Assembly (NCBI RefSeq): GCF_036365525.1
Contig: NW_027141701.1
Location: 124,001-188,000 of the forward strand
DNA length: 64,000 bases
Source of the DNA: Heterodontus francisci
Lineage: Eukaryota
Direction: 5' to 3'
Part shown: positions 35,761 to 50,264 of the stretch, one piece after another
Numbering within the stretch: the stretch's first letter is position 1
Layout: each line of letters opens with the position of its first letter
The notes under the pieces: generated by a model
Told to the model about the DNA's origin: nothing
Databases searched by the model: none
Seen by the model: the letters and a program-made list of their open reading frames with translations, nothing else
Translations under genes and position numbers: made by a program

Positions 35761-36505
35761 AAAAAATAGAAAAGCAGATTATTTTTTAAAAGGTGTGAAA
35801 CTTCCAAACATTGGTGTTCAGCAGTGCTTAGGTGTACTCATAGAAAGTTAACATGTAGGTACAGCAAGCAATTAGGAAGGCAAATGCAAGGGAATTGGAG
35901 TCCAGGAATAAGGAAATCTTGCCACAATTGTACAGGGCTTTGGTGAGACCACATCTGGAATGCTTTGTGCAATTCCAATCACTATACTGAAGGAAAGATC
36001 TATTTGCATTGGAGGCTGTACTTTAAAGGTTCACTAGATTGGTTCCTAGGATGAGAGAATTGTCCTATGATAAGAGGCTGAGTAAATTGGGTTCATGTTC
36101 TCTGGAGTTTAGAAGAATGAGAGGTGATCTCATTGAAACATATAGCATTCTGAAGATGCTGGATAGGGTAGATACTGAGAGATTGTTTCCACTGATCAGG
36201 GAATCTAGAATCTGGGGGCACAGTGTCAGGATACAGGACCGATCATTTAGGAATGAGATGAGGAGAAATTACTTCACTCCAAGTGTTGTGAATCTTTGGA
36301 ATTCTCTACCCCAGAGGGTTGTGGATGCTCCATCGTTGAATATATTTAAGGCTGAGAGAGACAGGTCACTCAGGGAATCAAGGGATATGGGGAATGGGAT
36401 GGAAAGTGGAATTGAGGCAGAAGATCAGCCATGATCAAATTGAAAAGTGGAGCAGGCTTGACGAACCGTATGGTCTACTGCTGCTCCTATTTCTTATATT
36501 CTTTT
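35760..36505 (+). mobile_element. CR1 3' fragment
   Basis: SLEFRRMRGDLIETY...RGHS..., VVNLWNSLPQ. Confidence 0.9.
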
Positions 36506-36719
36506 AAATGTCACGTAATGTGGAAAAAGTTGTTATTCCTGATGTTGAATAAGATTATCATGGATTAATTTATTCATATTTGTTTTACTGACTCATTTGC
36601 AGATATGTTGTAAAAATAGGATTCTAAGCACAGAAGAAATAGGAGGAGTCGATGATAAGGCCCATCGAACCTTCCCCACCATTCACTATGATCATGGCTC
36701 ATCTTCTGTCTCAACGGAT

Positions 36720-39700
36720 CAATAGTATAGTAGTAATGTTACAGGACAACTAATCCAGAAGCTCAGACTAATACTCCATAGGCATGAGTTCAAATCCCTC
36801 AATTAAAGCTGGTGCAGTTTAAATTCAATTATTTCATAAATAAAATAAAATAAAAAGTATGTCTCAGAAATTGGAATCATCAAGTTACCAGATTGTCATA
36901 AAAACCCATCTGGTTCACTGCTGTCCTTACCTGATCTGACCTACATGTGACTTCAGACTGACTGTAATTTGGTTGACTCTTAACTGCCCTCTGAAATGGC
37001 CTAGCAAGCCACTCAATTGTATCAAACCATGACAGAAAAGTCAAAGAATAAAAATAGACAGACCACCCGGCATTGACCTAGACAGCGAAAAAAACAAAGG
37101 CTCCACCCTGCCCAGTCGACCCTGCAAAGCTCTCGTCGCTAACATCTGGGGACTTGTGCCGAAATTGGGAGAGCTGTGCCACAGACCAGTCAAACAAGAG
37201 CCTGACATAGTCATACTCACAGAATCATACCTTACAGCCAATGTCCTAGACTCCTCCATCACCATCCCTGGGTATGTCCTGTCCCACCGACAGGACAGAA
37301 CCACCATTGGTGGCAGCACAGTGGTATACAGTTGGGAGGTAGTTGTCCTGGAAGTCCTCAACATCGACTCCAGACCCCATGATGTCTTATGTCATCAGGT
37401 CAAAAATAAACAAGGAAACCTCCTGCTGAATACCACCTACAGCTCCCCCTCAGCTGTTGAATCACTCATCCATGATAAACATCACTTGGAAGAAGCACTG
37501 AGGGCAGCAAGGGTACAGAATGTACTCTGGGTAGGGGACTTCAATGTCCATCACCAACAGCAGTTTGGCAGCACCATTACTGACCAAGCTGCCCAAGTCC
37601 TGAAGGGCATATCTGCCAGACTGGGCCTGCAGCAGGTGATGAGAGAACCAACAAGAGGGAAAAACATACTTTACCTCACCAACTGCCCATGTCAGTCTTG
37701 GTAGGAGTGGCTACACATAGTTCTTGAGCAGATGAAGTCCCATCTTCACACTGAGGAGACCCTCCATCATGTTGCATGGCACTATCACCATGATAAATGG
37801 GATAGATTCAAAACAGGTGTGGCAGCTCAAAGCTGGGAATCCATGAGACACTGTGGGCCATCAGCAGCAGCAGAATTATATTCAACCACAATCTGTAACC
37901 TCATGGCCTTTCATATCCTCCACTCTACCATTAGCATCAAGCCAGAGGACCTATCCTGGTTCTATGAGGAGTGCAGGAGAGCATGCCAGGAGCAGCACCA
38001 GGCATACCTAAAAATGAGGTGCCAACCTGGTGAAGCTACAACACAGGACTACATGTATGATAAGCAGAAGAAGCAGCATGGGATAGAGAGAGCTAATCGA
38101 TCCCACAACCAACGAATCAGATCCAGGCTCTGCAGTCCTGTCACATCCAGTCAGGAATGGCGGAGAACAATTAAACAACTAACAGGAGGAGGAGGCTTCA
38201 CAAACAACCCCATCCTCAATGATGGGGGAGCCCAGGATGTCAGTGCAAAAGACAAGTTTGAAATATTTTCAACCATCTCCAGCCATATGTGTGGAGTGCA
38301 TGATCCATCTTGGCCTCCTACTGAGGACCCCAGCATCATAGATGCCAGTCTTCAGCCAGTTTCACTCCACATGATATCAAGATAGGTAGATAAGGTGGCG
38401 AGGAAGGTATATGAGATACTTGCATTTATTAGCCAAGGCATAGAATATAAGAGCAGGGAGGTTATGATGGAGCTGTATAAAATGCTAGTTAGGCCACAGC
38501 TGGAGTACTGTGTACAGTTCTGGTCGCCACATTATAGGAAGGATGTGATTGCACTGCAGAGGGTGCAGAGGAAATTGCCTGGGCTGGAGCATTTCAGCTA
38601 TGAAGAGAGACTGGATAGGCTAGGATTGTTTTCCTTAGAGCAGAGAAGGCTGACGGGAGATCTGATAGAGGAATACAAAATTATGAGGGGCATAGATTGG
38701 GTAGATAGGAAGAAACTTTTTCCCTTAGCAGAGGGGTCAATAACCAAGGGGCATAGATTTAAGGGGAGGAGGTTTAGAGGGGATTTGAGGAAAAGAAATT
38801 TCACCCAGCAGGTGGTTGGAATCTGGAACACACTGCCTGAAGGGGTGGTAGAGGCAGGAACCCTCACAACATTTAAGAAGTATTTAGATGTGCACTTGAA
38901 ATGCCATAGCATACAAGGCTACGGGCCAAGTGCTGGAAAATGGGATTAGAATAGATAGGCTTGATGGCCGGCGCAGACCACAGTGGGCCAAAGGGCCTGT
39001 TTCTGTGCTGTTTAACTCTATGACTCTGAGAAATAGCAGCGCACTGTGGATACAGCAAAGGCTATGGGCCCTGAAAACATCCAAGTTGTAGTACTGAAAA
39101 TTCGTGCTCCAGAACTAGCTGCACCCCTCGCCAAGCAGTTCCAGTACAGCTACAACACTGGCATCTACTCGACAATGTGGAACATTGCCCAGGTGTGTCC
39201 TGTCCACATATAGCAGCCCAATTCAATCCAGACAATTACCACCCCATCAGTCTACTCTAATCATCAGCAAAGTGAGAGAAGGTGTTGTCGACAGCGCTGT
39301 CAAGCGGCACTTACTCAGCAGCAACCTGCTAACCAATGCTCAGTTTGGGTTCCACCAGGGCACTCGGCTCCAGACCTCACTACAGCTTGGATCAAACTTG
39401 GACAAAAGAAATGAATTCAAGAAGTGAGGTGAGAGTGACTGCCCTTGACATCAAGGCAGCCTTTGACCGAGTATGACATCAAGGAGCACTCACAAAATTG
39501 GAAGTCAATGGGAATCGGGGGAAAACTCTCCACTGGTTGGAATCATACCCAGCACAAAGGGAAGATGGTTGTGGTTAGGAGGCCAATCATCTCTCCCAAG
39601 GATATTGCATATTCACTGAGGATGGCACAGTGTTCAGTACCGTGTGCCACTCCTCAGATACTGAAGCAGTCCATGCCCACCTGTAGCAAGATCTGGACAA

Positions 39701-40492
39701 CATTTAACCTTCAGGCTTATGCTGATAAGTGGTAAGTAATATTCATGCCACACAATGCCAGGCAATGACCATCTCCAACAAGAGAGAATCTAACCATCTC
39801 CCTTTGACATTCAACAACATTACCGTCACTGAAATACCACGTTCAACATTTGGAGGAAGGCAGTGGGGTTTACCATTGACCAGAAAATTAGCTTAAGCAG
39901 CTATATACTGTACCTACAAGAGCAGGTCAGCATCTGGGAATTCTGATGTGAATAATTCCCCAAATTCTGCTCAATATTTGGAAAGCTTAAGTCAGGTGTG
40001 TGATGAAATACTCTCCACTTGCCTGGATGAGTGCAGCTCCAACAACATTCAAGAAGCTCGACACCATCCAGGAAAAATCAACCTCTTGATCTGCACCCAT
40101 CCACCACCAGTGCACAGTGTAGCAGTGTGTACCATCTACAAGATCCATTGCAACAACTTACCAAGCCTCCTTCAACAGCATTCTCCAAATCCTCAACCTT
40201 TACCACCTACAAGGACAAGGACAGCAGACATATGGGAACACCATCACCTGTAAATTCCCCTCCAAGTCACACATCATGCGACTTGAAAGTATATCACTGC
40301 TCTTTCACTGTCGCTGGGACAAAATCCTGGTTTCCCTCCCTAACAGCACTGTGGGTGTACCTACACCACACGGACAGCAGCGGTTCAAGAAGGCAGCTCA
40401 TTACTACCTTCTCATGGGCAATAAGGGATGGGAAATAAATGCTGTGGCCTTGCCAGTGACTGTCACACCTCATGAATGAATTTAAAAAAAAA
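36720..40492 (+). mobile_element. Decayed near-full-length APE-RT LINE (CR1/L2 group) with a tRNA-like 5' head; CR1 inserted at about 38385-39027
   Basis: APE motifs (PDIVILTESYL, WVGDFNVH), RT remnants and 3' tail ...CATGAATGAATTTAAAA; same family as 43961-46700 and 59340-60840. Confidence 0.85.
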
Positions 40493-41621
40493 CAGATCAT
40501 TCAATGGCCTTCAACTGGAACTTTATAACTGGTGCTTACTGTACAATCTTAATGCAGTGTCTGTCTCTCTTGTTCTATTGCAGAAAACCAACTGATGAAG
40601 GATGATATGGGACCCAAACTTTACTCAGTCTTTACAGTGTGAAACATTACAAGCATATACCTCCTAACTTGACCACACAGTTTCAGTAAGTGTCACTTTA
40701 TGTGTGCTAAAATAAAACTCCAATTAATGCCCTTCACCTGCATATAAATAAACACAATTGATATACAATTAACAGATTCCCTTCTTTCTTTTTAAATAAA
40801 TCTTAAGAGTTAATATGCACAAATAACATTTCAAAAGAAAATCAGAAACAATTTCCATATTCAGTACAGAGCGTTATATTGCCAGATGCTCCTCCTCGAG
40901 GACATGGAGAGTCAAAGAGAGAGAGAGAGAGATACAGCACCGAAACAGGCCCTTCGGCCCAAAGACCCCTAACAAGTTCTTTGTACAAGCATTTCTTTTT
41001 GTAAAACAATTCAGATTGTTGGTGACTTGCAGCTACCCATTTAATTTTAGAGATTTCATTTCTCTCCAACATTTGTTTTAAGCCAGTAAAGTCAATCCAT
41101 ATCCTTTTCTCACTCACATGTTTCATAGAGTGTACATTATCCCAAAAGGAACGATTATCTACATGGCATTCAATGGGTATACTATCTCCCAGTATGTCCA
41201 TTGTATAGAATCCTACTTAAAATGTTTGTCAAATAGAATCCCACTGCCTCACAAAAGCCAGTGTTTCTGCACTAAAGTACTTTTAATAGGCCTGCTTTAT
41301 TTTCTTAGCCTCCCTAACTAAAGGACAACATTTCCCATTTTCACCCATTAGAAATAACATGAAACCAGCTGCACTCTAATACCTATCAGGAAGATTAGCA
41401 GGTGAAGCCTCACTAAAAATAACTATTGCATGTTCTTTGGGTCACCTAAGTTGGGAACTTAAGTACACATTTCTCCAGATTTATTTTTTCAACATTTTAT
41501 TTGCCCTTCAAACCTTTTTGACTTTATGGTGTTTCATCATAGAACGTAACACCAACATATCAAAACTAGAATCTGGTCTAGTCTGAGTGCACAACCAGTT
41601 CAAGTGACCGATCAAGCTTTG

Positions 41622-43127
41622 CATGGATGATGTTGCCGTCTTCTGCTCAGATCCGCTGTCAGTTCGCACACTGATGAGCATCTGTGACCACTTTGAACTG
41701 GCCTCTAGAGCCAAAGTAAATTGTGGCAAGAAAGAGGCCAAGTTCTTTGGGAATTGTGCCAATCGATCCTTTGTCTCCTTCACTGTCAGGTCAGACTGTC
41801 TGAAAGTGCTGGGGATATGGCTCGGAGGGACTGGGGCTGGGGACAAAAACCGGAAGGAGTGAGTAGCCATGGGGAAACAGAAACTGGTCATGTGGGAGTG
41901 GCACTCCCTCTATATTGTGGCTAAGAACCTGGTCATCAGGTGTGAGGCGCTCTCAGTGTTGCTGTACATGGCACAGGACAGCCCATATCCACTTCTGCGT
42001 CATGGCGGTCACCAGAGCTTTCTTCTACTTTACCTGGAGATTGAAAATGGACCATGTCCGCAGGGACATGATGTTCAAACCTCTAGATAAAGGGGGGGAG
42101 GGGAAACGTACCCAACATCACCCTATCACCCTCATCCTGATGGCCACCTTTGTCTGTGGCTTCATCAAGCTGTACGTAGACCTCGGGTATGCAGACACAA
42201 GCTGTCACTATGTGCTGTTGATCTGTCTGTCCTCAGTGTTGTGAAGGATGGGTCTGGCTACGTTACCGTGGAATGCTCCATTCAGTTGGATTGTCCAGTA
42301 TCACCTCTCCCTTGTGGAAATGTTTGTACTGAAAAACATCTTTGACCATAAGTCCATCAGGCATTGGTCCGCACAGAACGTCCTCAAGGCCCTGCGGGAA
42401 AAGGAGATGGTGGATCCTGTCGGATGGTTCCCCGAGCAGACTGTCAGAGTCATTTGGCAGAATGCCTCATTGCCAGAACATTCAAACAAGCACCAAGACA
42501 TAGCTTGGCTGGCGGTGACAAGGGCCCTCCCCATCAGATCCTTCCTGCATAGCCAGAGTCTCACCACCTCTGCACACTGCCCTCGAGGTGGCTGTGGTGG
42601 GGGAGAGACTGTCACCCACCTCCTTCTGGAATGTGCATTTGCAAGGCAGGTCTGTAAAGAGATGCAATGGATTTTGTCGAGGTTCATCCCGAGCAGCTCC
42701 ATAATGCAAGACTCTGTGCTCTACAGGCTGTTACCAGGGACGCACACTGAGATAATCATCAACCAGATGAAAGACTCACTTTGATCTGCCCAAAACTTGC
42801 TGGTCTTCCAGTGCAAAGAGTTGTCCACAACCAAGTGTTGCAGACTGGCACATTCCAAGGTATAGAACTACGTGTTGAGGGATGCATTAAAGCTTGGGGC
42901 AGCAAAGGCTCAATGGGGAAAAACCACTATGTAAGGTCCTACTGTCAAAGTGTAACAAGGGTGGAACCCAGGTAAAACCCCTCGGGCTGTATGGCAAGAG
43001 TTGTGAGGCACCTCCTGGACCGCATTGAAAGAAACTGAACTTTATTGCACTTGATGAAATATACAATTTGAATTTTGCAGTATACTTTTAAAAATTTTAT
43101 AAATAAAGCATATCTTTGGGAAAAAAA
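41622..43127 (+). mobile_element. L1/Tx1-clade LINE 3' fragment nested in the copia element
   Basis: Starts at (Y)MDD; CPRGGCGGGETVTHLLLEC zinc motif; A-tail; near-duplicated flanks ATCAAGCTTTG / ATCAGCTTTG. Confidence 0.85.
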
Positions 43128-43960
43128 TCAGCTTTGAAATTGTTCTGTCTCTTCTTCAGATATAACATCATCTTTCTCTGATGACCAATTAACCAGGATG
43201 GGAGTAACACCTCTCTATTAGGATTGTGATTAAAGTTACTTCAGATCTACTTTGCTTCATATCTAAACCAATATATTTAAAAGTCCCACTGGTCTGACAC
43301 CCAATTTTAAATTCTAATCTAATCTGAGAAAGAACACATTTCTCAAATTCTCCAATACCACCCCATAAGAAATCATTAACACGTATCATGAAGATTCCTG
43401 AAAGTTTTCCTTTAGGATACAAATAAAACATTGCGGATCTACTTTTAGTTGAACAGAAGCTATTTTCAGCAAAACAGATCTCACTGAAAGATACCACACC
43501 CTGGAAGCATCATTCAGGCCATTGATGCATTTGTTTAGTTTCCATAGTTTTCCTTCTGTATCTGCTGCCTCTAGTCAGTTTCAGAAACATTTCATGCTGA
43601 AAAGTGATACAGCTTTTATGTCAATTGACCGACCCTCCAATGACTATATGGCCAAAAGAGCTCAAAACAGATGTTTAAGATTACTTTTCCAGCTGTGGCA
43701 GAGTCCACTCCATCATCTGTATTGCCCAGTCCCTCTTAAAGAAACCCAGCAACAAGCCTCACTTTAGCCTTATAAGTCACATCCGCAACACCTTTTCAGC
43801 ACAAATCCATTTATGTCACAAGGCTGGCTGTCCCCTATCTGATAGCTCAGAATAACCACCAAACTCTCTCCAACTCTCGAACTCCTTTGGTTTTGCCTCT
43901 CATTAGTTTATCCTAATGTTTATTGGCAGCCACTAACACTTGATGGTCATGAGGGTTTCT

Positions 43961-46700
43961 TTTTTTTTATTCATTCATGGGATGTGGGCGACGCTGGCCA
44001 GGCCAGCATTTATTGCCCATCCCTAATTGCCCTTGAGAAGGTGGTGATGAGCTGCCTTCTTCAACCGCTGCAGTCCATGTGGGGTAGGTACACCCACTGA
44101 AAGGAAGCGAGTTCCAGGATTTTGGCCCAGCGATAGTGAAGGAACGGCGATATAGTTCCAAGTCAGGATGGTGTGTGACTTGGACGCGAACTTGCAGGTG
44201 GTGATGTTCCTATGTATTTTCTGCCCTTGTCCTTCTAGGTGGTAGAGGTCACGGGTTTGGAAGGTGCTGTCTAAGGAGCCTTGGTGCATTGCTGCAGTGC
44301 ATCTTCTAGAATGTACACACTGCTGCCACTGTGCGTCGGTGGTGGAGGGAGTGAATGTTTGTAGATGGGGTGCCAATCAAGCGGGCTGCTTTGTCCTGGA
44401 TGGTGTCGAGCTTCTTCAGTGTTGTTGGAGCTGCACCCATCCAGACAAGTGGAGAGAATTCCATCATACTCCTGACTTGTGCCTTGTAGATGGTGGACAG
44501 GCTTTGGGGAGTCAGGAGGAGAGTTACTCGCAAATGTTACTTGCCACTTATCAGCCCAAGCCTGGATATTGTCCAGGTCTTGCTGCATTTCTACACGGAC
44601 TGCTTCAGTATCTGAAGAGTCACAAATGGTGCTGAACATTGTGTAATCATCAGCGAACATCCCCACTTCTGACCTTATGATTGAAGGAAGATCATTGATG
44701 AAGCAGCTAAAGATGGTTGGGCCTAGGACACTACCCTGAGGAACTCCAGCAGTGATGTCCTGGAGCTCAGATGATTGACCTCCAACAACCACAACCATCT
44801 TCCTTTGCGCTAGGTATGACTCCAACCAGCAGAGGGTTTTCCCCCTGATTCCCATTGACCTCTGTTTTGCTAGGGTTCCTTGATGCCATACTCAGTCAAA
44901 TGCTGCCTTGATGTCAGGTGCAGTCACTCTCACCTCACCTTTTGAGTTCAGCTCTTTTGTCCATGTTTGAACCAAGGCTCTAATGAGGTCAGGAGCTGAG
45001 TGGCCCTGGCGCAACCCAAATTGAGCGTCACTGAGCAGGTTATTGCTTAGCAAGTGCCGCTTGATGGCACTGTTGATGACCCCTTCCATCACATTACTGA
45101 TGATAGAGAGTAGGCTGATGGGGCAGTAATTGGCCGGGTTGGATTTGTCCTGCTTTTTGTGTACAGGACATACCTGGGCAATTTTCCACATTGCAGGGTA
45201 GATGCCAGTGTTGTAGCTGTACTGGAACAGCTTGGCTAGGGGCGCGGCAAGTTCTGGAGCACAGATCTTCAGTACTATTGCCGGAATTTTATCAGGGCCC
45301 ATAGCTTTTGCAGTATCCAGTGTCTTCAGTCGTTTCTTGATATCACGCGGAGTGAATCGAATTGGCTGAAATCAGGCATCTGTGATGCTGGGGACTTCAG
45401 GAGGAGGCTGAGATGGATCATTGGCACTTCTGGCTGAAGATTGTTGCAAATGCTTCAGCCTTATCTTTCGCACTGATGTGCTGGGCTCCCCCAACATTGA
45501 GGATGGGGATATTTAAGAGCCACCTCCTCCAGTTAGTTGTTTAATTGTCCACCACCATTCACAGCTGGATGTAGCAGGACTGCAGAGCTTAGATCTGATC
45601 CGTTGGTTATGGGATCGCTTAGCTCTGTCTATCGCATGCTGCTTGTGCAGTTTGGCATGCAGATAGTCCTGTGTTGTAGCTTCACCAGGTTGACACCTCA
45701 TTTTGAGGTATGCCTGGTGCTGCTCCTGGCATGCCCTCCTGCACTCTTCATTGAACCAGGGTTGGTCTTCTGGCTTGATGGTCATGGTAGAGTGGGGGAT
45801 ATGCCGGGCCATGAGGTTACAGATTGTGGTTGAGTACAATTCTGCTGCTGCTGATGGCCCACAGCGCCTCATGGATGCCCAGTTTTGCATTGCTAGATCT
45901 GTTCAAAATCTATCCCATTTAGCACGGTGATAGTGCCACACAACACGATGGACAGTATCCTTAATGTGAAGGCGGGACCTCATCTCCACAAGGACTGTGC
46001 AGTGGTCACTCCTACCAATACAGTCATGGACAGAAGCATTTGCAGCAGGCAGATTGCTGAGGACGAGGTCAAGTAGGTTTTTCCCTTGTGTTGGTTCCCC
46101 CACCACCTGCCACAGACCCAGTCTAGCAGCTATGTCCTTTAGGACTCGGCCAGCTTGGTCAGTAGTGGTGCTACCGAGCCACGCTTGGTGATGGACATTG
46201 AAGTCCCCCACCCAGAGTACATTTTGTGCCCTTGCCACCCTCAGTGCTTCCTCCAAGTGGTGTTCAACATGGTGTAGTACTGAGTCATCAGCTGAGGGAG
46301 GGCGGTAGGTGGTAATCAGTAGGAGGTTACCTTGCCCATGTTTGACTTGATGCCATGAGACTTCATGGGGTCCGGATTCAATGTTGAGGATTCCCAGGGC
46401 AACTCCCTTCCAACTGTATACCACTGTGCCACCATCTCTGGTGGGTCTGTTCCGCCAGTGGGACAGGACATACCCAGGGATAGTGATTGCAGTGTCTGGG
46501 ACATTATCTGTAAGGTATGATTCCGTGAGTATGACTATGCCAGGCAGTTGCTTGACTAGTTTGTGGGACAGCTCTCCCAACTTTGGCACAAGCCCCCAGA
46601 TGTTAGTAAGGAGGACTTTGCAGGGTCGACAGGGTTGGGTTTGCCGTTGTCGTTTCTGGTGCCTCGGTCGATGCCGGGTGGTCCGTCCAGTTTCATTCCT
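43961..46700 (-). mobile_element. APE-RT LINE (same family as 36720), relatively young, nested in the copia element
   Basis: Long ORF segments with APE (GDFNVH, SDH) and RT (KAAFD, GVPQGSVLGP, FADD) motifs; poly-A tail; internal deletion near 44530. Confidence 0.9.
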
Positions 46701-47131
46701 TTTTCTGCTTCTGGTTCTGCTCAAGACTGTTCTCTAGCCCTCATTTCATTGTGTAATCTATTCAAGATATAGCTTGTACTTGCACGTTGATGTTTTTTGG
46801 GACTATTACTGTGAGATCTCTATCTCACACTATTGCATGCTCCTTCTCTGGTATATGACTGTTTTCTGACTAGAGTCACCTTTGAACCCATTTAGAACTT
46901 GCACTGCGCTTTCTTACTCTCCATTCATTCACCCAATTCTGCCAGTCCATGGACCTCACTTCTTGACCACCATCCTGAACATTCAACCAATATTTAAACT
47001 TGGCCGTAGCTTTTCCTGCATGCCTCCCAATTGTCACATCCCTTCATTTTCCAGACTCCTCTGGAATATAAACACGAGAAACACTGGAAATACTCAGCAG
47101 GTCTGGCAGCATCTGTGGAGAGAGAAGTAGA

Positions 47132-47166
47132 GTTAATGTTTCAGGTCAGTGACCTTTCTTCAGAAC
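47132..47166 (-). ncRNA. Minimal hammerhead motif, second copy with the helix III CpG mutated
   Basis: Minus strand GTT-CTGAAGA-A-AGGTC-ACT-GACCT-GAAA-CATT-AAC. Confidence 0.55.
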
Positions 47167-47892
47167 CTCTGGAATATGCATCACTCATGGACCCACTGTG
47201 GACAATTGGTCTTTGGATGTAATAGCTCTGTCCTGTGTTTCATGATCACTCATGTTACCAGTATCCGCCCTTGATCACTGTATTTTGTTCCTCAGGACCT
47301 TCTCACAAAACACATGAGCATTTGAGGTACAAGGTGCCTTGTTTCCTTCTATCAGCTGCTCAGATTCTGAGATTTTGTAATCAACTCTGACTAATCATGA
47401 AGAATGAAGCTTAACAGTTTGATTGAAATGTTTGATAAGTAGTGTCTTACCATCACGATCTATTACATTACCAGGGCATTTCCATTTCCTATGACCCTCT
47501 CTTTTATAATACACCAAACCTCCTGAATTAAATTCTGTTTAAAATGGCCTTATTTGATGCCTCACAGCTCTTCAAATTTTCTCAGAGAACTCAGTCTTGA
47601 TGAAAGCCCGTCTCCCTGCATGTAAAGAAGTCAAGTGTGCAGCAAAAATGGAACTAACTGTAGTACCTTCTCGTGTAGGAGGACTATCACACAGCACAGA
47701 AAGCAATTTTAGATTTCGCCCATAGACCAATTGAGAGGGACTATATCCCCCAACCATCTGACACGGATTCTTTGCATGAACTGCCCATGCCAGAGCAGTT
47801 GCCAACTTGCAGTTTGCTTGATCATCTGGATTTTAAGCAGCATTTCATTGATTGCCGTGTGATTCCTTTCACAGAGTCCATTGCTGAAAGGA

Positions 47893-48206
47893 TATACGAA
47901 CATACAAATTAGGAGCAGGAGTAGGCCACCTGGCTCCTTGAGCCTACTCCGCCATTCAATAAGATCATGGCTGATCTGATTGTAAGCTCAACTCCACATT
48001 CCCACCTTCCCCCAATAACCTTTCACCCCTTGCTTATCAAGAATCTATCTACCTCTGCCTTAAAAATATTAAAAGACTCTGCTTCCATCGCTTTTTGAGG
48101 AGGAGAATTCCAAAGACTCACAACCCTCTGAGAGAAAAAAAAATTCTCATCTTTGTCTTAAATGGGTGACCCCTTATTTTAAAACAGTGACCCCTAGTTC
48201 TAGACT
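47893..48206 (-). mobile_element. CR1 3' end inserted in the copia integrase
   Basis: Splits the AESPFSNG codons; AGGA duplicated on both sides. Confidence 0.85.
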
Positions 48207-49009
48207 AGGACTTTCAGCAGTCGAATTCATGACCATAATGTTTATCTTTTCACACATGTGTCTGAACTCATCATTGGCAAATTCCCCTCCATTATCAGTC
48301 AGTGCCCCAAGTCCAGTCCCTATCCATTTCTCCATGATTGTATCTATAATCACCCTTTTGTCCTTGCTATGAATTATTATTAAAAGACGGAATCAAATTG
48401 TCTGGTCAATAAAATGTAGAATAAAAATATTTCTGTCTTTGTCCCACACCTTTAGATCCAGGACAACTCCCTTGTTAAAGTCACTTGTCAATGGAAGGTT
48501 GGCAATAGGCCGCGGCAGTGTCCTTCGATACTTTTTACAGATTTCACAATTCTCACTAATCTCTTCTATTAACCTCATAGAACCTTCATCAACCACACCA
48601 GCATCTTTTAACAGGATTTTTAACCATTGACAAGTAGAGTGTGGAAATTGTCTATGCAACTTTAAGACAATTTGTTTGTTTTCCTCTCTGATTCTTATCA
48701 CCTGATGCCATTAATTCTTGTCTTACACTCTGATGTGAAACATTAGGTTGTGTTAGGGGGATACAATAATGTCCTGATTGGGTAAACTCCAGATCCACTG
48801 CCTTGTTATGTTCCATGTCAAGTTTCATTTGTGCTTTATTCAGCAGCAGAGGTATGTCACTGGAGATTGTATCAGGACTGATAAAGTGGCTTACTCCAGC
48901 CGGAAACTCCATCTATCAAACATGATGGACACGGAGCAAACAATCTATTTAGGTGGAGTGTCTTCTTTTGGTGCACCTTTGCTGATGGCTGTGAAGGCCA
49001 ATCCTTGAG

Positions 49010-49166
49010 AGGCAGAGCCTACATGTGACACACAGGAATGTGATTGACTCTTAAAATGCCCTCTGAAATGGCCTCGAAAGCCATTCAGTTCAAGGGCAAT
49101 TAGGGACTGGCAACAAATGCTGGCCTTGCCAGTGATGCCCACATCCCATGAATGAATAAAAAAAAA
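49010..49166 (+). mobile_element. SINE fragment (Deu/SacSINE1-like core plus LINE tail); a related fragment lies on the minus strand at about 49325-49490
   Basis: GCCTACATGTGAC...TGCCCTCTGAAATGGCC joined to CAAGGGCAATTAGGG...CATGAATGAATAAAA. Confidence 0.7.
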
Positions 49167-50264
49167 GTGCCCTTTCGAGGACCCTGCCTCTTTGCTGTGG
49201 GCAGTTCATCACATAACAATACTTTGAGTCACACCTGAAACACTTATTAACTGTTCCTTGGCATTCCTGGGATTCACCTATTATTGCTATTCCAATTCTG
49301 TCTTCTGCTGTAGTAGCCAAATCTCATGTGGGTCACATGTAGGCCAGACCAGGTAAGGATGACAGATTTCATTCTGTAGAGGACATATGTGAACCAGATG
49401 GGTTTTTGCAATAATCAATGATAGTTTCATAGCATCATTACTGAGACTAGCTCTCAATTCCAGATTTTTTATTCATTAATTGAATGTAAATAGCTTTCAT
49501 GCTCATTCCACCTGTCTGTAATTCTTCCTTTGTATGCCTGCATCCAATATCTGGACCATTTCAAATCTGGCAATCATTGAGTTTTCTATTCTTTGTGTCA
49601 CTGCAAAATATTCCATCTGTTCGACAAAGACTGCAGCAAATGACTGTTTCCTCTGAATTTTTTTCAAGGCAGCAGACATCTAATCCAACAGGATTCTCTC
49701 TGAGAACCAAAAACCATTTCGAACCAGGAGCCTATCCATATGCAACCTTAGTATAATCCAGCAATTTAAATGCTAGCACTGAACCAGGGATCTCTAAATT
49801 GAATTTCCTCAATCTTTATGCAGTCTGTTAGAATCCATGGTATATTCTTCCATTGACTAACTATCTGTCTTCTGAAATCTATCAAATTCTGACCATGCCT
49901 CATAGGCATTTAATAGATGATATTTCTTGTAGATTTCATCCAAGAACTCTCATGGAAGATCCAAACCTTCATCAGTATTCAACTGATGAGCACTTTGCTC
50001 ACAAAATACTTTTCTTCGAATTTTACTTCTTGTAAGAATTGACAATGCCAAGGCCATACCTTGTTTCCTGTTTGGTAGGGGCATAACCCATGTCCACCAA
50101 TCCACTTCATGCTTCCACTGGTTATATGGCTCACTCTGAGAACATTGGAGGGTAATCAAACCCAGATAATTTACACTCACTTTCTGTCATTTCTCACAAT
50201 GGCTATTAGGATTGTAGTCTTCTGTCTCATTTTTTTTCTTGCTTTTCTACCTTCACCTTTAGGC

